Shown piece after piece: positions 8,553 through 17,000 of a stretch of DNA of 64,000 bases (positions are counted from its first letter, which is position 1; each line of letters starts with the position of its first letter). Both the position numbers and the translations under genes were made by a program. The notes below the pieces were generated by a model. That model worked only from the letters and a program-made list of their open reading frames with translations, was not told the origin of the DNA and did not search any database. This stretch comes from a virus: IMG/VR virus record IMGVR_UViG_3300047160_006886, positions 1 through 64,000 of that record; one strand, 5' to 3'.

Positions 8553-10592
8553 TCAAGCCGCCTTCTTCTTGGCGTCAGGAGCATCACCCCTGACAGCCTT
8601 TTTCGAGGCGGGCACTAGATTCCAGCGAACGCTTGCCGCAACGAAAGAACGAACCAGTGCCCAGTCGGTCCACGGCTCTGACGAGCCGGTCGGCTGCTTC
8701 TGGTTCGGTCGAAAGCACTTGATGCGGGGATCTTCAGTGATGATGCCGGCCACCGAGGAGAGGATCGTCACCGGGATTAAGCGGTCGAACTCACGAGCTG
8801 CCCTCAGGGCACGCTGCTCGGAGGTCTCACCGTCGAGATCGGGCAGATCATAGCCGACATCGCGGAGAGCATCCTCGGCAGTGACCAGAGCATACATCCG
8901 GTGGTTGTACTCGTCGGCCAGGTACTGAGACGCCAGCCGGGCGACATGCTTCAGTCCCTGACCGGATATGTCCTCCCACACCGATCCCGGTGCCAGTTCG
9001 ACGCACTCGCGGACGGCGTCGGCATAGTCAAGCCGGGAGAGGTTGAGGTGCTTCTCGAAGTTCCGGGTCCACTGACCGATCAGTCGCAGGCGAGGATCAT
9101 CGGCTATCAGCGGCGGGAAGCGATTGAGGTCAAAGTCGTTGGCGTAGAGGTTGGCGACGTCGTTATGGATCGGCTGGTAGAAGTTCGTGTCGACGGTCTG
9201 GTCGCCGACTGACATCGTGTCGACGCCGTGACAGAATATGCAGCTGCCGATGGCGAAGAGGCGATGAGTCTGCGGGAAGGGCATCTTGTGATTGTCGACC
9301 ACCCCACCCTGACCGGAAGGGGCCTCGTCCTGCCGCTTCTTCTGGGCGTTGAACAGGCCGACGACGGGCAGCTTGTTGTTGCCCTTGGCGATGACCTCGT
9401 AAGCCTGGACCACCTCGAACGGACGCTGTATATTCGCCATGAAATTCTGGAAGAGGTCCACGTCCTTGTCCCTCACGTCGAGGGTGACGAAGACCTTGGA
9501 GTCAGCCTCGGCGGTCTGGGCGTTGGCCTGGAAGAAGGCTCGCTTCTTCCCGGAGACGTTGGACTTCTTCATCCCCGCCCACATATCGGAGCGGGTCCTG
9601 GCCAGGACCTGCTCGAAGGTCTCCCCCTTGCAGCCGACGCCAAGAGCGGCAAAGAAGCCGTCGAGATCGTCGCTAACTCCGCGGAAGCGGAAGTAGAGAC
9701 CGCTGAAGACCGCCTTGAAGAGCCCATCCTCCTCAATGGAGTTGAGCATGCGGACCTTGAGATAATCGTCCGAGACAATGGGAGCCAGCGACCCGGTCAT
9801 CTGCTGCATCTCGGTGAACTTGGCCTGGTCGAAGTCCAGGGCGTTGAGGCGGACCACGTCCACCTTGTCGGCGTCGAACTTGCGGCTGATCCAGTCGGCG
9901 TTGACCGAGGGAGCGGCTCCTCCGGCCCGGACTCGATGGTGAATGTTGACTTCCCACTCGCCGGCTTCCAGCTCCCTTTCTGAGATCTCACGGGAGGATG
10001 GGTTCGATGGATCTTCGAGGCCGAAGGTGCCTTCGGGCCACTTGTAGACCCCGCCCTTCCAGGTGATGTTCTTCTTCTCGACCCACTCGCGGTCCCGGAC
10101 TTCGGTTGACGTCAAGCCCATGCGGTTGATGAAGCCGGCGTTGAACTTGATGAAGTCGCGGGTGAAGAGGAGAGCGAAGTCGGGGCAGTAGGACAGCTCC
10201 TCCCAGACCTTCCGCCAGGTCTCGAACTTCGGATCGTAGGGAAGCAGGTTGACGCAGACCAGCCAGCCGTCGTTCAGGATGCGGGGCCGGTAGATGAAGT
10301 CACCCTGCGAATTGAAGTTCATGGTCAGGAATATCGTGCGCAGAGAGCGGAGATCGGGGATGCCATTGGGGAACTTCAGCGTCAGAGCCGGCACCTTCTT
10401 CCGCCAGACGTAGCGAGTGACCAGCCGTTCGGCCGGTGAGAGGGACTTCAGGTGTGAATGTGCCAGGTTCACAGCGAGGTTCCGGTCAGTTCTGACCTGG
10501 TTTCGTTCCCAGTTCTGGGCCATGATAGTGAGCGTCGTCAGCACAGAGAAAGATGCAGTGAACATTGCCAAGGGGTCCTTTCTTCTGCTCAT
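8553..10592 (-). CDS. Large exported CXXCH (c-type heme motif) protein
   Basis: N-terminal hydrophobic segment; SNVS..KR...EVIAKGNNKLP...RQDEAP...GSCIFCHG resembles a family I recall from planctomycetes. Confidence 0.7.
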   Translation of the reverse strand: MSRRKDPLAMFTASFSVLTTLTIMAQNWERNQVRTDRNLAVNLAHSHLKSLSPAERLVTRYVWRKKVPALTLKFPNGIPDLRSLRTIFLTMNFNSQGDFIYRPRILNDGWLVCVNLLPYDPKFETWRKVWEELSYCPDFALLFTRDFIKFNAGFINRMGLTSTEVRDREWVEKKNITWKGGVYKWPEGTFGLEDPSNPSSREISERELEAGEWEVNIHHRVRAGGAAPSVNADWISRKFDADKVDVVRLNALDFDQAKFTEMQQMTGSLAPIVSDDYLKVRMLNSIEEDGLFKAVFSGLYFRFRGVSDDLDGFFAALGVGCKGETFEQVLARTRSDMWAGMKKSNVSGKKRAFFQANAQTAEADSKVFVTLDVRDKDVDLFQNFMANIQRPFEVVQAYEVIAKGNNKLPVVGLFNAQKKRQDEAPSGQGGVVDNHKMPFPQTHRLFAIGSCIFCHGVDTMSVGDQTVDTNFYQPIHNDVANLYANDFDLNRFPPLIADDPRLRLIGQWTRNFEKHLNLSRLDYADAVRECVELAPGSVWEDISGQGLKHVARLASQYLADEYNHRMYALVTAEDALRDVGYDLPDLDGETSEQRALRAAREFDRLIPVTILSSVAGIITEDPRIKCFRPNQKQPTGSSEPWTDWALVRSFVAASVRWNLVPASKKAVRGDAPDAKKKAA

Positions 10593-10626
10593 CCATGAAG
10601 GAAGGTTATTGTGAGACTTTCAGCGA

Positions 10627-11136
10627 TCAGATGTCGTCATTCTTCTTTTGTTGCTCCTCTGGTTTGAAGGCGTCTCGGCCAAGCCGGGGCATCTGGTCAG
10701 TGGGCTTGCCCATCGATGCCCAGATGATGTGCTGGCGATTGGCCAGCAGCTGCATACCGGTCTGCGTGGCGTGGATGGAGTTGTGAACGTAGCTGCGGTG
10801 CTCCTTGAGGGCGTTGAGCAAGTTCTCTTTCAACTCGCTGACGGAATGAACCGTCAGCTCCCTCAACTCGTCAGCTAGATGCTCGATCTCGCCCCGGGTC
10901 ATGAACTGCTCCAGACGGCTGTCACCGGCTGAGTCGATGTTGTGCTGCCGGCGATACCAGTTCCAGAGCAGTGACAGCTTCATGTCCATCTTGCTGAGCC
11001 GCATCAGCACCACGCCGGCACCGGAGAGGACAGACATGACTGTTACCACCAGGGTGACGATATCACCCAGACTGACTACCGGTTCCACCGCCCCCAGCAC
11101 CTTCTCCACCACCACCACCACTACCAGAGTCTCCAT
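10627..11136 (-). CDS. Membrane protein with coiled coil (lysis-module candidate)
   Basis: Hydrophobic N-terminal helices; lies directly after the MCP. Confidence 0.6.
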   Translation of the reverse strand: METLVVVVVVEKVLGAVEPVVSLGDIVTLVVTVMSVLSGAGVVLMRLSKMDMKLSLLWNWYRRQHNIDSAGDSRLEQFMTRGEIEHLADELRELTVHSVSELKENLLNALKEHRSYVHNSIHATQTGMQLLANRQHIIWASMGKPTDQMPRLGRDAFKPEEQQKKNDDI

Positions 11137-11287
11137 CCTTCATCTCCGCTAGCAGAGCATCTTGCTTGCCTTCGATCTTCTGCAGCCTGGCCAGGAAGAC
11201 CCTGGCCAGCCACAGAATCGTGATCACGAGTCCGATGAGATGCAGGGCGACTCCCAGAGAGACGTCATCGGTGAAGTGCACATGCAT
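11063..11287 (-). CDS. Small single-TM protein (holin-like candidate)
   Basis: SLGVALHLIGLVITILWLARVFL followed by a coiled coil; GGGAGG RBS. Confidence 0.6.
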   Translation of the reverse strand: MHVHFTDDVSLGVALHLIGLVITILWLARVFLARLQKIEGKQDALLAEMKDGDSGSGGGGGEGAGGGGTGSQSG

Positions 11288-11380
11288 GATGGTTGCCTCC
11301 CTCCGGCCTGAGTCGGTCTACCGGGGTGGCGATGCCCCAGCGAGAATCGGCACCTCTTTTGCCAATGCCGCTGAAACGAC

Positions 11381-12697
11381 CTACCTAGTAGCAATTGCAT
11401 CCAAAATTCCACAGTTTCCGTAGAAATCTGCTCTGAGCTGGGGAACTTGGATGCACATCACCTTGAAGTTGAGTCTCATTCCACCTATCGACTCCCACTG
11501 CACGGTGGTGATATCCATGCCATTGACCGCCCTCGCCACATCAGGTGTCATCTGCACCATGATGAGCCGGAACGGTGAGAGAGCGATGTCCACGTCGGTG
11601 CCGGGGCCGCGAGAGGCCGAGCCGGCACCAGTGGCCGGGATCGAACCAAACAAGAAGTCGAGACGCCGGACATCGGTGATGCCCTCGATGGACTTGAGAC
11701 GCTCCCGGAGGGTCTGGGTCGCCACGCCAGCTACGCCACCGATGCCGCCGACCACGATGTAGTCGGAGTCCATGTACTGGTCCCAATCATTGCTGTGGTA
11801 CAACATAAAGGGACCATAGAACTTATTGAGATAAAGCTGATCTCGCATGGCGAGAACATCTTTCAGCGTGTCGAGCGGCGTCCAGCCGGAGCCGGTTCGG
11901 CCGTTGCCGGTCGGCTTGTAGTTCGTGGTCAGAGCGATGCGGTTCGGGAAGTTGATGTACCCATAGACCGTGCTGTTGCGACCGTAGCCGCCGGCGTAGG
12001 TCGAGGCGCCGCCGTAGGTCACGCCAGTGCTGACACCGATGGTCGTCTTCTCTATTTTTTCCGCCACACGACGGCCGGCTGCTTCACCCATCGTCACGTC
12101 GAGCGGGGTGCCGGTGTTGCGGGAGATCGCCAGCTTGCGGGCCGAGAACCAGAAGTCGCTGTGCGTGATGGGGAGTGGCAAGCCCTGGAGCTGGAATAAT
12201 GGCTGGTCGGTGCGGCCTTCGGTCAGGGCGTCCATGTCGACGATGGCCTCGCCGGGATCGCTCATGGTCTCGTGCTCAAGGATCATCTTGGCCATGCCGT
12301 TGAAGCCGCCGAAGCTGTTACTGGCAGCCAGATCGGCCCAAGCCCGCAGACGAAAGCGAGCGGCACGGAGAACCACGGCGTCGAGCATGATCCACTCTTC
12401 CTTGCGAAGCGTTGCGGCATTGAAGACCGGATGGTCGATACCGTTGGCTCGGAGGTCCTGGATGCGGACGTTTTCATACTCGATCCGCCGCTCCATCTTG
12501 CCCGAGTCGCGGTTGCGGACCAGGCGTGGACCCTTGTTGACCATGCAGCAGGGACGACCCCGCTCATCCCGGAACGGCCGGAGCAAACCGGAATCCCAGA
12601 CGATCCCGTCATGTCCGGTCGCAGCGATCCCATCGCCGATGGGGCCGTAGCCACGTCCGTCGAGGAGGTAAGAAGCACTTGCGAACATCTTTACCAT
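11381..12697 (-). CDS. Major capsid protein (HK97 fold, linocin-M18/encapsulin-like phage clade)
   Basis: NAATLRKEEW..LD, LPLPITHSDF, YGYINFPNR, FYGPFMLY and TTVQWE...LNFKVM.IQVPQLRAD motifs; follows the protease/scaffold/decoration genes. Confidence 0.9.
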   Translation of the reverse strand: MVKMFASASYLLDGRGYGPIGDGIAATGHDGIVWDSGLLRPFRDERGRPCCMVNKGPRLVRNRDSGKMERRIEYENVRIQDLRANGIDHPVFNAATLRKEEWIMLDAVVLRAARFRLRAWADLAASNSFGGFNGMAKMILEHETMSDPGEAIVDMDALTEGRTDQPLFQLQGLPLPITHSDFWFSARKLAISRNTGTPLDVTMGEAAGRRVAEKIEKTTIGVSTGVTYGGASTYAGGYGRNSTVYGYINFPNRIALTTNYKPTGNGRTGSGWTPLDTLKDVLAMRDQLYLNKFYGPFMLYHSNDWDQYMDSDYIVVGGIGGVAGVATQTLRERLKSIEGITDVRRLDFLFGSIPATGAGSASRGPGTDVDIALSPFRLIMVQMTPDVARAVNGMDITTVQWESIGGMRLNFKVMCIQVPQLRADFYGNCGILDAIATR

Positions 12698-12763
12698 CTC
12701 CTTTTGTCTTAGTGTTTGGATGAAAGTCGTGAAGTAAGTGCCAAGCCAAGGGAGACAGAAAGA

Positions 12764-13246
12764 CTAGCCGATGTATCGGCACCAAGTCAGCTGAGCCACC
12801 GGCGGGTTCACGTCGGCGACGTTCTCCAAGGCGATCCAGGGCGTTTCTTCCGGTGAACCCGTCTCTGGAGTCAGCTTGCCCAGGGTGTCATTGATCAAGT
12901 AAGTCCCGAAGTGGACGCCACCGTGGGAACCGGTGCCGGTGCCGGGGACCTCGACGAAGACGTTGCACTCCTCGCCGGGGACGGGAGTATAAATCCTGCC
13001 GCGGGTGCCGGAAACGTAAGCGGTGCCGACCGGGAAGCCCTGGAGGGTGTCCTCCAGGAGCACCGCTTGCTGGCGCATCTTGCCGTTCGCACGGGAAGAT
13101 GCCTTCATCTGAAATCGACCGTTGAGCATTCCCACGCTCGGGTCGAGTTCCATGATCGTGCCAGGGAGACTGTTGTCACCCATGTTGCACTCGTCGAAGA
13201 CCCCCTTCGGAGGAGTGTTCAGGGGTCCGATGGTAGATCCATGCAT
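12764..13246 (-). CDS. Capsid decoration/cement-like protein
   Basis: 160-aa beta-rich protein between scaffold and MCP; PGTIME...LLED.LQG....AY..G.R pattern. Confidence 0.65.
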   Translation of the reverse strand: MHGSTIGPLNTPPKGVFDECNMGDNSLPGTIMELDPSVGMLNGRFQMKASSRANGKMRQQAVLLEDTLQGFPVGTAYVSGTRGRIYTPVPGEECNVFVEVPGTGTGSHGGVHFGTYLINDTLGKLTPETGSPEETPWIALENVADVNPPVAQLTWCRYIG

Positions 13247-13326
13247 TGTTCAGTTCTCCACTATGTTTAAGGTTTAAGAGTCTAATTTCGCCGATGCCAA
13301 GGGGAGAACTTTAATCTGCGGGGGAG

Positions 13327-14073
13327 CTAGTCACGCCGTTGCTGAGCGGCCGCCTTCTCGTGGACGTTGACGCCACCGAAGTCCCTGACCCAGTCAACCT
13401 CCTGCGGAGCCATCGACTGGTCCTTCCGCTCGTTCTCGGTCAGCCGCTGTCCGCCGCCGGAGTAGGAGAAGTTGGCAACGCCACCGCCGGCCGCACCGAG
13501 GTAGTTGGTGCCCATATACTTTGAGTACTCATCCTCTTCCTCATCGCCGCCGAGGCCGCTCCCTCGATTGACCAGCACCGGTCGCTGTACCAGCGATAGC
13601 ATCTCACGAAGTTCCTCACGGGACTTCTTCATGTACTTGTTGAAGAGGATCTTCTGCTGCTTGGGATCGGCGATATTTGAAACGATCTCCCGGACCATCG
13701 CAGCCCGCTCGTGTTTGTCGATAGCCATCGCATTGACGACTGCCGAGCGAACCTCTTCCGGAGCGTTCGTCTTCTGGAGCCAGTCAAGAGTGCGGCGGTT
13801 GCCGGAGAGTTCATACTCCTCCTTGACGCCCTTGCCGCCGGCCTGAGTCGGCCCGGAGTCGGCCCGCTGCTCACCCGGCTTCATGTCAAAGGAGTGGGTA
13901 GCTTCGCCCTTGTTCTTGCCGACGGTCCTGTCGCCCTCGTCGTTCTCGACATCGTCGTCATCGTCGTCGTCATCGTCATCGTCATCCTTGGCGTTGGCCA
14001 GGAGGGCTTGCCGGGTCCGCTCGCAGGAGCAGTTCTCGGCCAGCTCTCGAATTTGTCGCCGGGTCAATGGCAT
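13327..14073 (-). CDS. Nested in-frame scaffold protein (internal start)
   Basis: AAAGGAGA-ATCAGAC-ATG at 14073 (MPLTRRQIRELAEN...); analogous to lambda Nu3 nested in gene C. Confidence 0.6.
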   Translation of the reverse strand: MPLTRRQIRELAENCSCERTRQALLANAKDDDDDDDDDDDDVENDEGDRTVGKNKGEATHSFDMKPGEQRADSGPTQAGGKGVKEEYELSGNRRTLDWLQKTNAPEEVRSAVVNAMAIDKHERAAMVREIVSNIADPKQQKILFNKYMKKSREELREMLSLVQRPVLVNRGSGLGGDEEEDEYSKYMGTNYLGAAGGGVANFSYSGGGQRLTENERKDQSMAPQEVDWVRDFGGVNVHEKAAAQQRRD

Positions 14074-17000
14074 GTCTGATTCTCCTTTGCGAGAATGGGA
14101 CCCTGGTTTATAGGACATCTTCCACGCGGAAGGTCCAGTGAGTCGGAATTGTTGCTTATTGGTCTCGGCGTTGACGGTCACCTCGACCAGGTCTTCGCCA
14201 GTGATGTCCTTCGGCATCTCATCAAGGACGAGCTGTGCCGAGTTCATGGTCGCCTTGTGCATCGAGGCGGCCTTGCGATGGAGAGCGGCGGCATTATCGT
14301 GCTCGGTCGCTCCGTCGGCATTGCCGCTCTTCCGCTCCTTGGTCGCCGCCGTCTCGTGCATCGAAGCGGCCTTGAGATGAGCCGCGGCCGCCCCGGCACA
14401 GTCGTCAGCCGAAGAACACTCCAGAGCGTTCTTGGCATGGCCGAAGGCCCTGTTGTGTTCGGTGAGCAGCGAGGCACCGGCTGCCTGCTTGGTCGCTGCA
14501 TGTGCATCGTCTGGTCCGCCCATAGTACCTCCTGGAGCCATCTCGGCTAGTGTCTGATAGGTTGAATTACGACTTGGATTGAGAGTCGCTGAAGTTGAGT
14601 TCTTGGCATCGTCCTCTTCGTCTTCTTCCCAGTCCTTGTATTCAGGCAATGATCCCTTGTTGTCGAAGCCATGCTCCTTGACCCAATCGTGCCCGAACGC
14701 ATAATTGAGATACTTCCGCTGGGCCTCGGAGACTGCTGGGTTGATGACGAAGCCGGTCGAGCCATCAGCGTTGGTCACGGGCAGGAGTATCTGATCCTCG
14801 GGGACTCCCTTGGCAAGGGAAGCTGAGTTATGTGTCTCAGATTTAAGCCGAGCTGCTCCGGTATGTTGCCGTTGAGCATACCTATGATCTGCCTCAGCTG
14901 TCCTGTGTGCTTGACGAACTGCTTCACTGCTCGATTCCCTGCCAGCCTGTTCATGAGCAACCGCCGCTTGTCCGTGTGCTTCTGCCACGTCTTTGTGTCC
15001 TTTTGTGGTAAGGTCACTGCCGGCACGAGCATGACTTGCAGCCACGTTGGAAAACTCTTTGCCTTTTCCTCCCGCGTAAGTGGATGATTTGTGGGCTTTT
15101 GCTGAAGCTGCTCTAGCTTCCTTTGCCGCTTCTCTTGCCTCTTCGGACCAAGCATTCTCAGTCAGTTCGTTGTGCACCAATGCACGGTGAGCCATCGCCG
15201 CGCCCGAATGGGCGGCAGCTGCCTCCTGGTGGGCCTTCATCCCCTCGCCGCCCCGCATGGCAGCTGAGTTGTGCATTCTCGCTGCGTTGTCGTGGGCCTC
15301 GGCCGCACCGGCGTGGTCGCCGCTCTCAGCCAGGGACATCGCCCGGCCGGAGTGGGGATTCTGACTGCCAGCCGCTCCGGTCGCAGCGTGAGCCTGTTTG
15401 GACTCTTCTGCGGCCTGACGGGCTTCCTCAGTCCACACGTTACTGATTCGCTCACTCCGCCCAAGGGGACCCCCACCAACCCCGCCATACTCTGCATCCA
15501 TAGCCCTCTTCTGGTTCGTCTGCACGGCAGCGACCGAGTAGCCCGTCTTGATCGAGGACTTGGTCTCCGGGATGGACTTGGTGCCGGAATAGGTACCGCG
15601 GAAATATTGTTCCGGAGCGTGGCTGTCCTCGTCGCCAGCTCCGGCCAGTCCCTCCTGACCAACTCTCTGCACGGTCTCGATGATGCGGCCGTCGGGGGTC
15701 ATCTGCCTGCCGACCAGCTCGGCTGCGGCGTCGTTCTCGTCCAGCTCCTCGGACGGGGGCTCGAAGGCGGGGTGAGGACCGGAGCCTCGCTCCTTGCCAG
15801 GCCAGAGACCCGGAGTGATCACATTGCTCGTTGGAGCCTTCAGTCCAGCGGCCCTCATGTGAGACTTGGCGGCATCCAAGTGAGCCGAAAAGGCGTCGCC
15901 ATGAGCACCGCGCACATAACTCTCCATTCTTGGATGTTGTCCAGCTTCCATGTGAGCATTAGCGGCGTCTAAGTGCGCGCCAGCAGCTTTCTTGTGATCC
16001 TCAGCGGATTCCGCGTTCCGGCTCAATCTCGCTGCGTCGTCAGAATGGTCCGTGAACGATCTCCCCGCCCTACTTCCCTTCACAGAATCCGTATGTCCCT
16101 TGGCCTTGACGCTGGCCGCTCTCGCCGCCTGTGCTGCTTGTCTCGCTTCATCGGTCCACACGTTCTCGGTAACGTTCACGTCAGCCACGTCTCTGCCGGG
16201 CCAGAGTCCGGCGGTGACCTTGTTGGCGGCGAGGGAGAGGAGGTCGACGGTCTTCTCAAAGAGACTGGTCTGCTGGTTGTGCGTTCCTCCACCACTCAAG
16301 AGATCATAATGAGCTGCGGCCATCGTCTTGGCTTCAGCCGGCGAGCGAGCCGTTCCCAGATGGTGCCAGAGACCACCTCCGACTTTGCTTTGTGTGTTGG
16401 CGAAATGGACCAAGTATCCCGCATGCCGGCCACTCGAAGTCGTGGTCGGTGAAACGTGATACTCGCCGTGCTCTGTCCTAGTTGTGTAACCATACTTGCC
16501 TTCAGCGGCTCCGGTTCCACCCGCATGAGTTGACCACTCAAGCTTGCTCTTACCAGTTCTAGCACTTTTACGTGCCTCGATGGCTGCTTGTCGAGCCTCT
16601 TCCGTCCAAGTGTTCCCCGTCAGCTGCTCTGCTCCCCTCAGATCCTTGACCGGAGCCGCCGGCGTCTTCCTCGGCACGTCGTAGGTGCCCGGATCGGTCT
16701 CGCTGCCCATGTTGGTGTCTCCTCCCTTCTCGTAAGGTTCTCGCTTGGTGCCACTCCACGACTTCCGCAGGATGTCGGCGGCAGCCCGCTCCCGCATCAT
16801 CGAGTTCTCATGGCTGCGGGCGATGTGCTCCTGGCCGACCTCATTGTAAGCCTTGGCGGCGTCTTCGTGCATCTTGGCAGCTCCGAGATGGGCCTTGATG
16901 GCGTCGCCGAAATCGCTCTTGCCCTTGGCGGTCTCGCTCTGCCGTCCTGCTGCTTCGTGCAGGTCGCGGGCCTTGGCTCGTACTCGCTGATCCTTGGTCG

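Noticed and set aside
11381-12697. Cellular encapsulin operon
   Set aside because: Context (terminase, portal, protease, scaffold, neck genes) shows it is a phage major capsid protein.
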